Shown piece after piece: positions 31,401 to 43,207 of a DNA stretch of 64,000 nucleotides. The notes beneath the pieces were generated by a model that worked only from the letters and a program-made list of their open reading frames with translations, did no database searches and was not told the origin of the DNA. Source of the stretch: Pseudomonadota bacterium (GTDB lineage: Bacteria; Pseudomonadota; Gammaproteobacteria; Burkholderiales; Burkholderiaceae_B); contig JAEWFK010000164.1 in the NCBI GenBank assembly GCA_023388835.1, positions 16,155 through 80,154 on the forward strand, in the 5' to 3' direction. Made by a program: the position numbers and the translations under genes. Position 1 is the first letter of the stretch. Each line of letters starts with the position of its first letter.

Positions 31401-32020
31401 GGTTGTTCTTGTGTCCTTTCGGAGTTCCGCGTGCGGCGCTCCTGCGTATCCTGACCCGAAATTTTCACGTCGGTTGCAGAATAGACTTGCAGCTGACGTG
31501 TGCTGTTATCGTAACGCATGCCCTTGCCATTCATGGTCGAGTTGCCATGCACGACCAGCGCGGGATGATCGGTGAACACGACGTCTTCGTCCGGCAGGAT
31601 GGTCAGCACGTCGCTCTTCACGTCGAGCGCTTGGTTCTCGGCGTCCGCGTGGCGGTGCACATGGGCGTTGCCCGTCATGACGACGCGGCTCCCATCCTGA
31701 TCCATGACCGCGGTGTCCGATGTGGCGATCGTCAGCGGCGAGCCAGGCTGCTGGCCGATGGCGCGCGCCGTCTGTATTTCGTATGAGTCGGTGTCGGGAA
31801 AGTGTTCCAGGTATTCGCCTTCCAGCCGGTTGATCGCCATGCCTTGTTCGTCGCTGCGTATCAGCACGAAATCCGAAGCCCAATGGTCCGGCTCGTGCGT
31901 GAGCCGGCGCGGCGGGTCGATGGGCACCGCGCGTTGGGCGTAGTCGGCCGCCCACCATGTGCCGATGACCAGGCCGGTCAGCAGCAGGATGGCGACGATC
32001 GTTGGCAGGCGATCTTTCAT
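31397..32020 (-). CDS. lptC: LPS export protein LptC
   Basis: Single N-terminal TM plus beta-rich domain; kdsC-lptC-lptA synteny. Confidence 0.9.
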   Translation of the reverse strand: MKDRLPTIVAILLLTGLVIGTWWAADYAQRAVPIDPPRRLTHEPDHWASDFVLIRSDEQGMAINRLEGEYLEHFPDTDSYEIQTARAIGQQPGSPLTIATSDTAVMDQDGSRVVMTGNAHVHRHADAENQALDVKSDVLTILPDEDVVFTDHPALVVHGNSTMNGKGMRYDNSTRQLQVYSATDVKISGQDTQERRTRNSERTQEQP

Positions 32021-32048
32021 TGTGCGGAAGCGACGATCATAGGCAGCC

Positions 32049-32074
32049 GAAGCGTTACTTGGAAGCGTTACTTG
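32049..32074. repeat. 13-bp exact tandem duplication (GAAGCGTTACTTG x2)
   Basis: Directly visible in the kdsC-lptC spacer. Confidence 0.85.
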
Positions 32075-32080
32075 TAAAGG

Positions 32081-32683
32081 TCACTGAATGGTGCCGCCGC
32101 CCAGACGCAGGGCATTGGGCGAGAAGAAGGCCGCAAGCTTGCCCTGGGCGGCCAGTATCAGGTCGCAGCAGTCGCGCACCGCGCCGCTGCCGCCCGCCGC
32201 GGTGGACACCCAGTGGGCGGCCTGCGTGACGTAGGCAGGGGCGTTGGGCACACTGGCCGCAAAGCCGGCGCGCTGCATGGCGGGGACGTCGATGATGTCG
32301 TCTCCCATGTAGCCGACCTCGCTCAGATTGCAAGCATGCTCGTGAGCCAGCGCCTGCAAGGCCTGTGCCTTGTCGCGCACGCTGTGCTGTACCAGGGCAA
32401 TGCCCAGTTCGGCGGCTCGGCGGCCAATCACGGCGCCGTCGCGGCCGGTGATGAGCGCGACCGTGATGCCGCTTTCCATCAAGAGTTTGAGCCCGTGGCC
32501 GTCCAGTACGTGGAAGGCCTTGAGCTGCTCACCCTGGGCGCTGTACCACAGCCGGCCGTCAGTCAGCACGCCGTCGACATCGAAAGCCATCATGCGCAAC
32601 TGGCGTACTCGGTCAATGACGGCAGGCGCCGCCTTGGAAAGAATCATCGCTTCGGCGGGGTGGGCAATGCTGTTTGGGTTCAT
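32081..32683 (-). CDS. kdsC: KDO 8-phosphate phosphatase
   Basis: FDVDGVLTDG, ITGR, YMGDDIID, GGSGAVR. Confidence 0.94.
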   Translation of the reverse strand: MNPNSIAHPAEAMILSKAAPAVIDRVRQLRMMAFDVDGVLTDGRLWYSAQGEQLKAFHVLDGHGLKLLMESGITVALITGRDGAVIGRRAAELGIALVQHSVRDKAQALQALAHEHACNLSEVGYMGDDIIDVPAMQRAGFAASVPNAPAYVTQAAHWVSTAAGGSGAVRDCCDLILAAQGKLAAFFSPNALRLGGGTIQ

Positions 32684-32685
32684 GG

Positions 32686-33675
32686 TCAGATCACCTTGGC
32701 GGCCATCAGGTCGTGCATGTGCAAAGCGCCCAATAATAGCCCGGCCTCGTCCACCACGAGCATCTGGTTGAGCCGGCCGGCATCCATGCGAGCGGCCGCC
32801 TCGATCGCGAGCGTGTCCGATGCGACGCAGCGCGGGTTGCGCGTCATGCCGTCGCCGACCGTCAGCTGGCGCACGTCGCCGCTTTTCTGAATGAGACGGC
32901 GCAGGTCGCCGTCTGTGAAGATGCCCAGCGGCCGGCGTTCGTCGTCGATGACGATGGTCATTCCCATGCCTTTGGCGCTCATCTCCTTGAGCGCATCGTG
33001 CATGGGCGTGTCTTCTTTGACGAGCGGCAAGGCGTCGCCGTGGCGCATGATGTCCCGCACGTAGGTCAACAAGCGCCGGCCCAGGGCGCCGCCGGGATGC
33101 GAGCGGGCGAAGTCCTCGGCGCTGAAGTGCCGCGCTTCAAGGCAGGCCACGGCCAACGCGTCGCCCAGCACCAGCGCCGCCGTGGTGCTGGCGGTTGGTG
33201 CCAGGTTGAGCGGGCAAGCCTCGACTTCGACGCCGCCGTCCAGATGCAGATCGGCGTTGCGCGCCAGTTCCGAATGCGGGTTACCGGTGACGGAAATGAT
33301 TTGCGCGCCCATGCGCTTCGCGACGGTGAGCACGGTCAGCAGTTCAGACGCCGCCCCGGAATACGAGATCGCGATGAGGATGTCCTGCCCGGTGAGCATG
33401 CCCAGATCGCCGTGGATGGCCTCGGCGGCGTGCATGAAGAAGGCGGGCGTACCGGTGGAGGCCAGCGTGGCGGCCGTCTTGCGTGCGATATGCCCCGACT
33501 TGCCGATGCCGGTCACGACTACCCGCCCCTGGCAGCCGAGCAGCATGTCGACGGCTTGCTCGAAAGAGGCATCCAGGCGGTCGCGCAAGGCTTGCAGGGC
33601 CTGTATCTCGATGGAGAAGGTGCGATGTGCGGAGACCAAATGCCGCCCGGGTCCTGAGTTGATGGTTTCGTCCAT
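32686..33675 (-). CDS. kdsD: arabinose-5-phosphate isomerase (SIS + 2 CBS)
   Basis: [38 protein letters not shown]. Confidence 0.95.
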   Translation of the reverse strand: MDETINSGPGRHLVSAHRTFSIEIQALQALRDRLDASFEQAVDMLLGCQGRVVVTGIGKSGHIARKTAATLASTGTPAFFMHAAEAIHGDLGMLTGQDILIAISYSGAASELLTVLTVAKRMGAQIISVTGNPHSELARNADLHLDGGVEVEACPLNLAPTASTTAALVLGDALAVACLEARHFSAEDFARSHPGGALGRRLLTYVRDIMRHGDALPLVKEDTPMHDALKEMSAKGMGMTIVIDDERRPLGIFTDGDLRRLIQKSGDVRQLTVGDGMTRNPRCVASDTLAIEAAARMDAGRLNQMLVVDEAGLLLGALHMHDLMAAKVI

Positions 33676-33747
33676 GAGCGGATTTTAATCGGCATTGTGT
33701 ACACTTCCACCGTTGCTTCTCCTGATTCCGCCTCTACGGGCTGCCCC

Positions 33748-34299
33748 ATGCATATCGATCCTGCTGTCTACGTCCGCGATGCGATCCGCAGCGTGCCTGA
33801 CTGGCCCAAGCCGGGCGTCACTTTCCGGGACATCACGCCGGTTCTGCAGGATCCCCGGTCCTTCCGGGTGCTGATCGACATGTTCGTCTACCGCTATATG
33901 CGTCAGCGGCTCGACCTCGTTGCGGGGGTGGACGCCCGGGGCTTCATTCTCGGGTCGGTTCTCGCTTACGAATTGAATCTGGGTTTCGTTCCCGTGCGCA
34001 AGAAGGGCAAGCTGCCTTACCGCACCGTGGCTGAAGAGTACTCGCTGGAATACGGCAACGCCGCGGTGGAAATGCACACCGACGCCGTGCGGCCCGGCCA
34101 GCGCGTGCTGCTCATCGATGACCTGATCGCCACGGGCGGCACGATGATGGCGGCGTCCAAGCTGCTGCAACGCCTGGGGGCCAATGTGCACGAGGCGGCG
34201 GCCATCATCGAACTCCCCGAGCTGGGCGGCGCCCAGAACATGCGGGATTCGGGCGTCCCGGTTTATACGGTCTGCTCCTTCACTGCAACAGATCCCTGA
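33748..34299 (+). CDS. apt: adenine phosphoribosyltransferase
   Basis: [35 protein letters not shown]. Confidence 0.96.
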   Translation: MHIDPAVYVRDAIRSVPDWPKPGVTFRDITPVLQDPRSFRVLIDMFVYRYMRQRLDLVAGVDARGFILGSVLAYELNLGFVPVRKKGKLPYRTVAEEYSLEYGNAAVEMHTDAVRPGQRVLLIDDLIATGGTMMAASKLLQRLGANVHEAAAIIELPELGGAQNMRDSGVPVYTVCSFTATDP

Positions 34300-34350
34300 A
34301 CGCGGACACGGCTGCCGTTTGACTGACACCGCTGCCGCTTGACGTCGGCC

Positions 34351-34422
34351 GCGGTGGGACAGACGGCGGCGGTGGGACAGATGGCGGCGGCAACGCCGCC
34401 GCTGGGCGGCGATATCGCCGCC
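34351..34422. repeat. two 18-bp direct repeats followed by two GC-rich hairpins between convergent genes
   Basis: GCGGTGGGACAGA(C/T)GGCG x2 (34351-34386), then GCGGCGGCAACGCCGCCGC and GGCGGCGATATCGCCGCC. Confidence 0.65.
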
Positions 34423-34432
34423 ACGGCCAGCT

Positions 34433-37400
34433 TTAAAGCAGCACGCGCTCGATGCCGCCCTCGTTGGCGCGGCGCACATAGTCCTGCAGCCATTCTTCGC
34501 CCAGAATATGGCGCGCCATTTCCACGACGATGTAGTCGGCCTTCATCCCCGTGTCTTCTTCATAGCGCGACATGCCTTGCAGGCATGATGGACAGGACGT
34601 AAGCATCTTCACTTCGCCGGCATAGCCGTCGGCGCGAATCTGCAGGCTGTTCTTCGCGAGTTCTTCCTGCTTGCGGAAGCGCACCTGGGTGGAGATGTCG
34701 GGCCGGGTGACCGCCAGCGTGCCCGATTCTCCGCAACAACGATCCGTCTTGATGGCGGTGTCGCCCACCAGAGCCTTCACCGTCTTCATGGGATCCTGCA
34801 GCTTCATGGGGGTGTGGCAGGGGTCGTGATAGACGTAGCGTGTGCCTTCCACGCCGCTGATGTCGATGCCTTTTTCGAGCAGGTATTCGTGGATGTCGAT
34901 CAGGCGGCAGCCGGGGAAGATCTTTTCGAATTCGTAGCCGGCGAGCTGGTCATAGCAGGTGCCGCAACTGACCACCACCGTCTTGATGTCCAGGTAATTG
35001 AGCGTGGTCGACAGGCGGTGGAAGAGCACACGGTTGTCGGTGATCATCTTTTCGGCCTTGTCTTCCTGGCCGTTCCCACGTTGCGGGTAGCCGCAGCACA
35101 GGTAGCCCGGCGGCAGCACGGTTTGCACGCCGGCATGCCACAGCATGGCCTGGGTGGCGAGCCCCACCTGGGAAAACAGGCGTTCGGAACCGCAACCGGG
35201 GAAGTAGAAAACCGATTCGGTCTCGGCCGAGGTGGCGCGTGGGTCGCGGATGATCGGAATGTAGCGGGCGTCCTCGATGTCCAGCAGCTTGCGGGCGGTC
35301 TGGGTCGGAAGGCCGCCGGGCATGCGCTTGTTCACGAAGTGAATCACCTGCTCGCGTATCGGCGCCTTGCCCACGGTGGCCGGCGGCGCCGCCTTTTGCT
35401 TGCGTGCGGGCTGGGCGAGCAGGTCGTGCGCCACGCGTTGGGCCTTGTAGCCCAGGTCGATCATGCCCTTGCGGGTGGCCTTGATGACGCGCGGGTCCTT
35501 GGCATTCAGGAAGAACATGGCTGCCGCGGTGCCTGGATTGAACGACTTCTTTCCCATGCGTTGCAGCAGCGAGCGCATGGCCATGGACACGTCGCCGAAG
35601 TCGATGTCGACCGGACAGGGATTATAGCACTTGTGGCAGATCGTGCAGTGCGCCGCCACGTCTTCGAATTCGGACCAGTGCTTGATGCTGACGCCGCGGC
35701 GAGTCTGCTCTTCGTACAGGAAGGCCTCGACCAGCAGCGATGTGGCCAGAATCTTGTTGCGTGGAGAATAAAGCAGGTTGGCGCGCGGCACATGGGTGGC
35801 GCAGACCGGCTTGCATTTTCCGCAACGCAGGCAGTCCTTGATGGCGTGGGAGATATCGCCGATCTCGCTGCGCTGCATGATCAGCGATTCATGCCCCAGC
35901 AGGTTGAAGCTGGGCGTCCAGGCGTGGGTGAGATCAGCGCCGGGCATGAGCTTGCCGGCGTTGAATCGGCCGGTCGGGTCGATGCGCTGCTTGTAGTCCT
36001 GGAAGGGCTGCAGTTCTTCTTGCGTCAGGAATTCGTATTTCGTCAGGCCGATGCCGTGTTCGCCGGAAATCACGCCGTCTAGCTCGCGGGCGATGCGCAT
36101 GATGCGGGCCACGGTCTCGTTGGCTTCCTGCAGCATGCCGTAGTCGTCGGAGTTGACGGGGATGTTGGTGTGCACGTTGCCGTCGCCGGCGTGCATGTGC
36201 AGGGCGACGAACACGCGGCTCTTGAGCACGCGGTCGTGCACGGCCTGGATGCCGGCCAGCACCGCTGCGCAGTCCGCGCCGGCGTACAGGCGTTCCATCA
36301 GCGCGCGCACTTCGGTCTTCCACGACACGCGGATGGTGTGATCCTGCACGACGTCGAACACGCGAGCGTCGGGCTGGTCCACCAGGCGCTGCTTGAGCGC
36401 GTCGGACAATTCGCCCAGGCCCAGGTGATTCAGTGTGTCCAGGCTCTGCGCCAGCGGTGCATCCAGATTGTGCAGCAGCCAGTTCCAGCGCTCGCGCACG
36501 CCCCGCAGGGCCTCCACGGCATCTTCCGTGCGCCGCGAGAGCACCGCTACGCGGGTGTGCTCGGCGTCGTCGAGGTCCTCGATCTTGCCCACCGGCAGCT
36601 CGCCATGCAGGAAGCTTTCGATTTCGTCCAGCAACCGCAGCTTGTTGTGGGTGGACAGCTCGATGTTGATGCGTTCGATGGCGTCCGTGTATTCGCCCAT
36701 GCGGTCGAGCGGAATGACGACGTCTTCGTTGATCTTGAATGCGTTGGTGTGGCGCGCGATGGCGGCCGTGCGGGCGCGGTCGAGCCAGAATTTCTTGCGG
36801 GCTTCCGGCGTGACGGCGACGAAGCCTTCGCCATGCCGGCTGTTGGCGATGCGCACGACCTCGCTGGCCGCCACGGCCACCGCGTTCTCGTCATCACCCA
36901 CGATGTCGCCGATCAGCACCATCTTGGGCAGGACGCCGCGCTTGCTCTTGGTGGCGTAGCCGACCGCGCGCAGATAGCGTTCGTCCAGGTGTTCCAGGCC
37001 GGCCAGCAGGGCGCCGCGTTCCCGGCCGGGGCCGTCCAGATATTGTTTGACCTCGACGATGGAAGGCACCGCATTGCGGGCCTGGCCAAAAAATTCCATA
37101 CAGACCGTGCGGGTGTGAGCGGGCATGCGGTGCACGATCCAGCGGGCCGCCGTGATCAGACCATCGCAGCCTTCCTTCTGCACGCCGGGCAGGCCGGCCA
37201 GGAATTTGTCGGTGACATCCTTGCCCAGGCCGGCCTTGCGAAAGCGCCGGCCCTCGATCACCAGCGTTTCAGCGCGTAGCGGAAGAGCGCCGGGTGCGGC
37301 CTTGCCGTCGGACCAGGCGAGTTCGAAGCGGGCTTCATCGACGTCGTGAATCTTGCCCAGGTTGTGGCCCACACGGGTGACTTCCAGCCAGTTCCCGTCC

Positions 37401-38374
37401 GGGTCCACCATGCGCCACCAAGCCAGGTTGTCGAGCGCGGTGCCCCACAATACGGCTTTCTTGCCGCCGGCGTTCATGGCGACGTTGCCGCCTGCACAGG
37501 AGGCGTCGGCCGAGGTCGGGTCCACCGCGAAGACGAAGCCGGCGGCTTCGGCCGCTTCGGCGATGCGGCGGGTGACCACACCGGCGCCGGTATGGATGGT
37601 GGGTACGGGAGCTTCCAGGCCGGGCAGCGACACGTGCTCGACGGCGGTGAGGCGGTCCAGCTTTTCGGTGTTGATGACGGCCGAGCGCCAGGAAAGCGGA
37701 ATGGCGCCGCCGGTATAACCGGTGCCGCCGCCGCGCGGGATGATGGTGAGCTGAAGTTCGATACAGGCGCGCACCAGGGCGGCGATTTCATCTTCGCTGT
37801 CCGGCGTGAGCACCACGAAGGGGTATTCCACCCGCCAGTCGGTGGCGTCGGTCACGTGCGACACGCGCGAGAGGCCGTCGAACTTGATGTTGTCCTTGGC
37901 GGTGATGCGCGAGAGCGCGCGCACGGTCTGCTTGCGCAATTCATGCGTGACGGTGAAGTCATTGTCGAAATCCCGCACGGCGATGCGGGCGGCAGCCAGC
38001 AGCCCCGCCACCTTGCTGTCCCGCTCGGGATGGCGGGTGTCGCGCCGACGGTCGACCTCATTCAAGCGATGGTCCAGCGCATCGATGAGTTGGCGGCGGC
38101 GCTTGGGAGTATCGAGCAGGTCGTCCTGCAGATAGGGGTTGCGGCGTACCACCCAGATGTCGCCCAGCACTTCGAACAGCATTCTCGCGGAGCGACCTGT
38201 GACACGTTCGGTGCGCAGCTCGGACAGCAGCCGCCAGGCGTCTTCGCCCAGCAAGCGCAGCACGATCTCGCGATCGGAATACGACGTGTAGTTGTAAGGG
38301 ATTTCACGCAAGCGCGGCGCAGTGTGCTTGGGAGCCTGCGCGGCAAGCATTTGACTAGCGAGGGGGGCGTTCAT
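34433..38374 (-). CDS. large FAD-linked oxidase / Fe-S protein (FAD_binding_4, FAD-oxidase_C, 4Fe-4S, CCG; DUF3683-type)
   Basis: [63 protein letters not shown] motifs; start MNAPL at 38374. Confidence 0.9.
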   Translation of the reverse strand: MNAPLASQMLAAQAPKHTAPRLREIPYNYTSYSDREIVLRLLGEDAWRLLSELRTERVTGRSARMLFEVLGDIWVVRRNPYLQDDLLDTPKRRRQLIDALDHRLNEVDRRRDTRHPERDSKVAGLLAAARIAVRDFDNDFTVTHELRKQTVRALSRITAKDNIKFDGLSRVSHVTDATDWRVEYPFVVLTPDSEDEIAALVRACIELQLTIIPRGGGTGYTGGAIPLSWRSAVINTEKLDRLTAVEHVSLPGLEAPVPTIHTGAGVVTRRIAEAAEAAGFVFAVDPTSADASCAGGNVAMNAGGKKAVLWGTALDNLAWWRMVDPDGNWLEVTRVGHNLGKIHDVDEARFELAWSDGKAAPGALPLRAETLVIEGRRFRKAGLGKDVTDKFLAGLPGVQKEGCDGLITAARWIVHRMPAHTRTVCMEFFGQARNAVPSIVEVKQYLDGPGRERGALLAGLEHLDERYLRAVGYATKSKRGVLPKMVLIGDIVGDDENAVAVAASEVVRIANSRHGEGFVAVTPEARKKFWLDRARTAAIARHTNAFKINEDVVIPLDRMGEYTDAIERINIELSTHNKLRLLDEIESFLHGELPVGKIEDLDDAEHTRVAVLSRRTEDAVEALRGVRERWNWLLHNLDAPLAQSLDTLNHLGLGELSDALKQRLVDQPDARVFDVVQDHTIRVSWKTEVRALMERLYAGADCAAVLAGIQAVHDRVLKSRVFVALHMHAGDGNVHTNIPVNSDDYGMLQEANETVARIMRIARELDGVISGEHGIGLTKYEFLTQEELQPFQDYKQRIDPTGRFNAGKLMPGADLTHAWTPSFNLLGHESLIMQRSEIGDISHAIKDCLRCGKCKPVCATHVPRANLLYSPRNKILATSLLVEAFLYEEQTRRGVSIKHWSEFEDVAAHCTICHKCYNPCPVDIDFGDVSMAMRSLLQRMGKKSFNPGTAAAMFFLNAKDPRVIKATRKGMIDLGYKAQRVAHDLLAQPARKQKAAPPATVGKAPIREQVIHFVNKRMPGGLPTQTARKLLDIEDARYIPIIRDPRATSAETESVFYFPGCGSERLFSQVGLATQAMLWHAGVQTVLPPGYLCCGYPQRGNGQEDKAEKMITDNRVLFHRLSTTLNYLDIKTVVVSCGTCYDQLAGYEFEKIFPGCRLIDIHEYLLEKGIDISGVEGTRYVYHDPCHTPMKLQDPMKTVKALVGDTAIKTDRCCGESGTLAVTRPDISTQVRFRKQEELAKNSLQIRADGYAGEVKMLTSCPSCLQGMSRYEEDTGMKADYIVVEMARHILGEEWLQDYVRRANEGGIERVLL

Positions 38375-38442
38375 GTATGGAGCGATAACCCTAAGGGTGG
38401 GCTGAAGCAGAGAGCGTGTGATGCAGGGTAAACGACGACAGT

Positions 38443-38955
38443 TTAATCCATCAACCACAGGAGGGCGGACGTCATGGTGGCATACCGCAGGAACTTGCCG
38501 ATGGCCATGTAGACGATGCTGGGAAGCAAAGGCATTTTCAGCCAGCCCGCGACAGCGCACAGCGGGTCGCCGACCAGGGGCAGCCAGGAAAACAGCAGTG
38601 CGCGCGGGCCTAGCCGATGCAGCCAGTAGGTGATGTAGTCATGCCATCGGCCGCCGGCGCGGCTGCGTGGCCGGTAGGGGTGTTTTTCGCGATAGCTTTC
38701 CATGGCCTTTTCGGCGCCATATCCCATGCCGTAGCTGATGACGCCGCCCACGGTGTTGCCCAGGGTGGCAACCAGCACGGCGGGCCAGAACATGTCGGCG
38801 GCGATCTGAAGGTAGCCAAAGACGGCCGGCTCGGAGCCCAGTGGGAGCAGGGTGGCCGAAGCCAGGGCGACGATGAAAATCGCGCTCAGCCCGACGCTGG
38901 GCAACGCCAGAGTGTCGAGCAGCCAGTGGACCGAAGAATAGAACCAAGCTTCCAT
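38443..38955 (-). CDS. YqaA/DedA-family membrane protein
   Basis: [35 protein letters not shown]. Confidence 0.88.
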   Translation of the reverse strand: MEAWFYSSVHWLLDTLALPSVGLSAIFIVALASATLLPLGSEPAVFGYLQIAADMFWPAVLVATLGNTVGGVISYGMGYGAEKAMESYREKHPYRPRSRAGGRWHDYITYWLHRLGPRALLFSWLPLVGDPLCAVAGWLKMPLLPSIVYMAIGKFLRYATMTSALLWLMD

Positions 38956-39054
38956 GGGAATGGAGTTTACAGGGCTATCAGAGGTCGTATCAGACCATGA
39001 TTTTCAGTGTGGTATTCTTTTCGACTTGTATCTGCTGCCGGCACGCGCCCATCC

Positions 39055-40563
39055 ATGTCTACCGATTATTTGAAGCGCATCCTCACGGCGAGGGTGTATG
39101 ACGTTGCCATCGAATCGTCTCTGGACGCTGCTCCGCAAGTATCGGCACGAATCGGAAACACGGTGCTGCTAAAGCGCGAAGATACCCAGCCGGTATTCAG
39201 CTTCAAGCTGCGCGGCGCCTATAACAAGATGGCGTCGCTCACGCCGTCCGAGCGCAAGCGCGGGGTGATCGCGGCGTCCGCGGGCAACCACGCCCAAGGC
39301 GTGGCGCTCAGTGCGCAGCGCATGGGCTGCCGGGCGGTCATCGTGATGCCCGAGACCACGCCAGCCGTGAAGGTCGACGCCGTGCGTCGACTGGGAGGCG
39401 AAGTCGTGCTGGCCGGCGACAGCTACTCAGACGCTTTCGACCATGCCACCGAGCTTCAGAAAAAAGAGAAGCTCACCTTCGTGCATCCATTCGACGACCC
39501 CGAAGTCATCGCGGGGCAGGGCACGATCGCCATGGAAATCCTGCGACAGCATCCCGACCGCATTGAAGCCATCTTCGTGCCGGTAGGCGGGGGCGGCCTG
39601 ATCGCCGGGGTGGCGGCTTACGTGAAGCAGCTGCGGCCCGAGATCAAGGTGATCGGTGTGCAAAGCGAAGATTCCTGCGCCATGGCGCGCAGCGTCAAGG
39701 CCGGGCGGCGCCTGCGCCTGAACGATGTGGGTCTGTTCGCCGACGGCACTGCCGTCAAATACGTGGGCGCCGAGACTTATCGTCTGGCGCACAAGTTCGT
39801 GGATGACTTCGTGCTGGTCGATACCGACGCCATCTGCGCGGCGATCAAGGACGTCTTCCAGGACACGCGCAGCGTGGTCGAGCCATCGGGTGCACTGGCG
39901 TTGGCCGGAGCCAAGCGTTATGCGGCGCAGAACAAACTCAAGGGCAAGACGCTGGTTGCGGTGACCAGCGGCGCCAACATGAATTTTGATCGGCTGCGGC
40001 TGGTCTCGGAGCGTGCCGACGTCGGCGAGGCGCGCGAGGCCGTGTTTGCGCTCACTATCCCCGAACAGCGCGGCAGCTTTCTGCGCTTGTGCGAAGCGGT
40101 GGGGCGGCGCAACGTCACCGAATTCAACTACCGAATCTCCGACTCCGACAAAGCCCATGTCTTCGTCGGCCTGCAGATTCAGTCGGAAGCAGAAATCGAG
40201 AAGCTGGCCGCGGGTTTCCGCCGCAAGGGCTTCGATACGCAGGATCTTTCCGGCAACGAGATGGCCAAGACCCATGTGCGCTACATGGTGGGCGGGAAGT
40301 CGGCGCTGGCGGAACACGAGATGCTGTTCCGTTTCGAATTCCCGGAACGGCCCGGTGCGCTGATCAAATTCCTTGGCGCCATGAGCCCGGAATGGAACAT
40401 CAGCCTTTTCCATTACCGCAATCAGGGCGACGACTACGGCCGCATCCTGGTGGGCATACAGGTGCCACCCTCCGACAAGAAGGCCTTCAAGGCCTTCCTG
40501 GACGGACTTGGCTATCCCTATTGGAATGAGTCGGACAATCCGGCCTACTCCCTCTTCCTTTGA
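39055..40563 (+). CDS. ilvA: threonine ammonia-lyase, biosynthetic
   Basis: KREDTQPVFSFKLRGA, SAGNHAQG, VGGGGL, SGANMNFDRL, two ACT-like C-terminal domains. Confidence 0.97.
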   Translation: MSTDYLKRILTARVYDVAIESSLDAAPQVSARIGNTVLLKREDTQPVFSFKLRGAYNKMASLTPSERKRGVIAASAGNHAQGVALSAQRMGCRAVIVMPETTPAVKVDAVRRLGGEVVLAGDSYSDAFDHATELQKKEKLTFVHPFDDPEVIAGQGTIAMEILRQHPDRIEAIFVPVGGGGLIAGVAAYVKQLRPEIKVIGVQSEDSCAMARSVKAGRRLRLNDVGLFADGTAVKYVGAETYRLAHKFVDDFVLVDTDAICAAIKDVFQDTRSVVEPSGALALAGAKRYAAQNKLKGKTLVAVTSGANMNFDRLRLVSERADVGEAREAVFALTIPEQRGSFLRLCEAVGRRNVTEFNYRISDSDKAHVFVGLQIQSEAEIEKLAAGFRRKGFDTQDLSGNEMAKTHVRYMVGGKSALAEHEMLFRFEFPERPGALIKFLGAMSPEWNISLFHYRNQGDDYGRILVGIQVPPSDKKAFKAFLDGLGYPYWNESDNPAYSLFL

Positions 40564-42043
40564 CCCGGCCGTCGGGCTGGAACTTGAGATGGTCGTGGCC
40601 CATGCCGCGACCGGCCGCAGTCTCCCTGTAAATCGCTATTTCGACGCCCTGCATGACCGCCTACGGGGCGATGGCGCCCGGCCGCGCCCGGTGGAGCGCA
40701 TCGAGCTGAGCGGGCGCTGCGTCGGCTTCCGTACGCCCGAGGGTGAATATGGGCTGGACAATGGCTACAACCTGCTAGAGCTTTCCACGCGGCCGGTCCG
40801 GCGCAGCGAAGGCGGGCTCAAGGCGCTGGCGGGCATGGTGGACCCCGCCTTGGATCACGTATACGCCGCCCTGCGGGCGGATCAGGCCTGCGTGCTGAAT
40901 GCTTCACAGCACCCGGACTGCCCGCGCGACAGCGATTGGTACCGGCGTGTATGCTTGCCCCGACCCATTTATCGCGAGCTCGTGGGCCATCGCGGCTGGC
41001 GGCATTGGGAAGGCATCGACGCGAAGGCGCAGAACGGCGCCAACGTTCAGGTGCCGGTCCACGATGCCGTGCGGGCCTTGAATGTCATGATCGGGCTGGC
41101 CGCGGCGCATGTGGCACTGTTCGCCAACAGCCCGCTGGAGTCCGGACGCATCACCGGCCTGAGAGAAACCCGGCTGACCGTGTGGCCCCGCGTGTTCGAC
41201 GGCTCGCGCTTCGCGGGCGACGCCATGCTTGCCGGCTGCCCGCCACGCCCTTTTATTGATCTGGGCGACTATTTCCGCTGGATGTTCCGCCCCGGTACCG
41301 TGAGCCGTAGCCTGCCCGTTGCCCGGGATCAGGACTATAAGGCGGCCCGCACCGTGCTGCTGGACGACGACCCGAGTCTTTCAGCGTTCCTGGCTTCTCG
41401 TCGTTGGAGCGGCCGTTGCACGGACACGGGCGAGCGGACGCAGCTGGTGCCGGAATCCGTCCATTTTGAACACTCGCAGATCGCACAGTTCATGGATGCG
41501 CGGCTGCGCTACCGATGGCGGACGCTGCCGCCACTGCCCACACTAATGGCCGCCTGGCGCCGTCCGGGTGGGCTGGAACGGCTGTTCGAACAGTGCGGGG
41601 CGGACGTCTATATCGAGGGGCGCTGCCCGGGGGCCGGCTTTGCCGATGCCGCCCTGGTCGAAGAGGCGGGTGATGAGGTCGCGCAAAGCACGGTCATGAG
41701 CCCGATTGCGTTGCAATGGGGACTGCTGCAGCGGCTGGATGAAGCAGAAGCCCTGATGGCGCGGGGAACATGGGGGCAACTGCGCGACTTGCGCGAGCGC
41801 GCGATGCGCCATGGTCTAGCTGACCCGGACGTGGCGCAGCTGTGCGAAGCCGTGCTGAAGGTGGCTGCCGCGGGCCTGACCCCTGAAGAGCGGCCCATGC
41901 TCGGCTATGCACGCCATGTGCTTGAGACCCGGCGCTGTGCGGCCGACCGCATGCTGCAGAGCTGGCAGCAATTTCACGAGGAGGACGCCGACGCGCGATT
42001 GGCCTGGATCGTGCAGCGCCACCGGGCGACTGCCGCGCGCTGA
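40526..42043 (+). CDS. glutamate-cysteine-ligase-like (GCS2/GshA-fold) carboxylate-amine ligase
   Basis: VGLELEMVV, NLLELST, ALFANSPLESG..RETR..W, FMDARLR and YIEGR parallel the GCL motifs; ATG 40526 overlaps the ilvA 3' end. Confidence 0.72.
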   Translation: MSRTIRPTPSSFDPAVGLELEMVVAHAATGRSLPVNRYFDALHDRLRGDGARPRPVERIELSGRCVGFRTPEGEYGLDNGYNLLELSTRPVRRSEGGLKALAGMVDPALDHVYAALRADQACVLNASQHPDCPRDSDWYRRVCLPRPIYRELVGHRGWRHWEGIDAKAQNGANVQVPVHDAVRALNVMIGLAAAHVALFANSPLESGRITGLRETRLTVWPRVFDGSRFAGDAMLAGCPPRPFIDLGDYFRWMFRPGTVSRSLPVARDQDYKAARTVLLDDDPSLSAFLASRRWSGRCTDTGERTQLVPESVHFEHSQIAQFMDARLRYRWRTLPPLPTLMAAWRRPGGLERLFEQCGADVYIEGRCPGAGFADAALVEEAGDEVAQSTVMSPIALQWGLLQRLDEAEALMARGTWGQLRDLRERAMRHGLADPDVAQLCEAVLKVAAAGLTPEERPMLGYARHVLETRRCAADRMLQSWQQFHEEDADARLAWIVQRHRATAAR

Positions 42044-42073
42044 GCCTGCGCAGGTCTTGAAGGCGCCCTGCAC

Positions 42074-43207
42074 CTATTCATACACTTCATCGGCCGCCAG
42101 CAGGATATCCACCGGCGGATCGAAGCCGATGCGGCGGGCCGTGGAAAGATTCAAGGCGATCTTGGGCGGGTCCACCCAGAGCTGGCTCAGTTCACGCGGC
42201 CGCGCACCGTTGAGCACACGGGCAATGGTTTCGGCGTGGAACAGCCCGACATGGGAGAGGTCGGCCTGCGCGATGCTCATCAATAGTCCCGCCTTGACTT
42301 CTCGGGAGCCGGCCATGGAAAAGCTGGGAACACGGGCCTGCAATAGCGTGGCGGCGATTTCTTTCACCGATTCCGGGGTGACCCCTCGATGAGTCGTGAC
42401 GTACATCGCGTCGACGTGGCGGGCGGCCAGACGGGCGTAACATTCGGCTGCGTTCCGGATGGCTTGCTCGCGCTCGATGCTCGCCGATGGTGCATGGCAG
42501 TGCTCCAGCCGGAAACCCAGTTCCTTCGCAACCTGTTCGGCGGCGCCCACCGCGGCATAACTGCGGCCCGCTTGCGAATCTTCGTAGACGATGCCCAGGG
42601 TGTCGAACTCAACGATTTCGTGGAAGAGGCGCAGTTGCCGTTGGTAGCGCTCCGGCTCGATTCGCGCATGCAGATTGTCGCGCCCACTGTCGTGACTGCT
42701 GTCGGAAATGCCGGAACCCATGGCATCGCTCACCGAGCCGACCACGGTGGGGACGGGCGGGCCGATCTCGCGCATGTCCTGGCCGGCCCAGGTTCCCATG
42801 GCGATCATCAGGTCGATATCGCCTTTGCCCAGCAGGCGATCGGCAAGGGATTGGCGCATGGGTGCCCGCTGCTCTGCGTCAAAGTTACCGGGCCGCCAAT
42901 ATGCGTCCGCCACGAACTCCAGCCATTCGCTGCGCACGTTTTGCGCCAACCATTGCCAGAGTTCTTCACCCCCCAAGTCTTCTGGCCGCGGCGACGGCAG
43001 CTGCAGCCAGCCGAGCACTTCTAGTCCATCTACGATCTCCCCCAGGGTCAGCGGGTATTCCACATAGTCGCCGCTTTCCACATAGCCGATGCGCCAGCGG
43101 TCGGAATCGGCGGGTGCCACCGGCGTGGTGGGATAGGGCGCCGCCGCATGCGATGCCGCTCCGAGAATCAAGGTGGCCGCCAGGGCGATGACGTAGCGGA
43201 AGATCAT
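42074..43207 (-). CDS. orphan periplasmic solute-binding protein (ABC_sub_bind-like)
   Basis: Signal peptide (ASHA|A), DLMIAMGT, TLGIVY, LNGARPREL, IALNLSTARRIGF; ATGA overlap with the phosphatase gene; no ABC permease or ATPase nearby. Confidence 0.8.
   Translation of the reverse strand: MIFRYVIALAATLILGAASHAAAPYPTTPVAPADSDRWRIGYVESGDYVEYPLTLGEIVDGLEVLGWLQLPSPRPEDLGGEELWQWLAQNVRSEWLEFVADAYWRPGNFDAEQRAPMRQSLADRLLGKGDIDLMIAMGTWAGQDMREIGPPVPTVVGSVSDAMGSGISDSSHDSGRDNLHARIEPERYQRQLRLFHEIVEFDTLGIVYEDSQAGRSYAAVGAAEQVAKELGFRLEHCHAPSASIEREQAIRNAAECYARLAARHVDAMYVTTHRGVTPESVKEIAATLLQARVPSFSMAGSREVKAGLLMSIAQADLSHVGLFHAETIARVLNGARPRELSQLWVDPPKIALNLSTARRIGFDPPVDILLAADEVYE

Noticed and set aside
32049..32074. 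13-bp tandem duplication as a regulator binding site
   Set aside because: Sits inside the kdsC-lptC operon spacer with no promoter evidence; best explained as a neutral duplication
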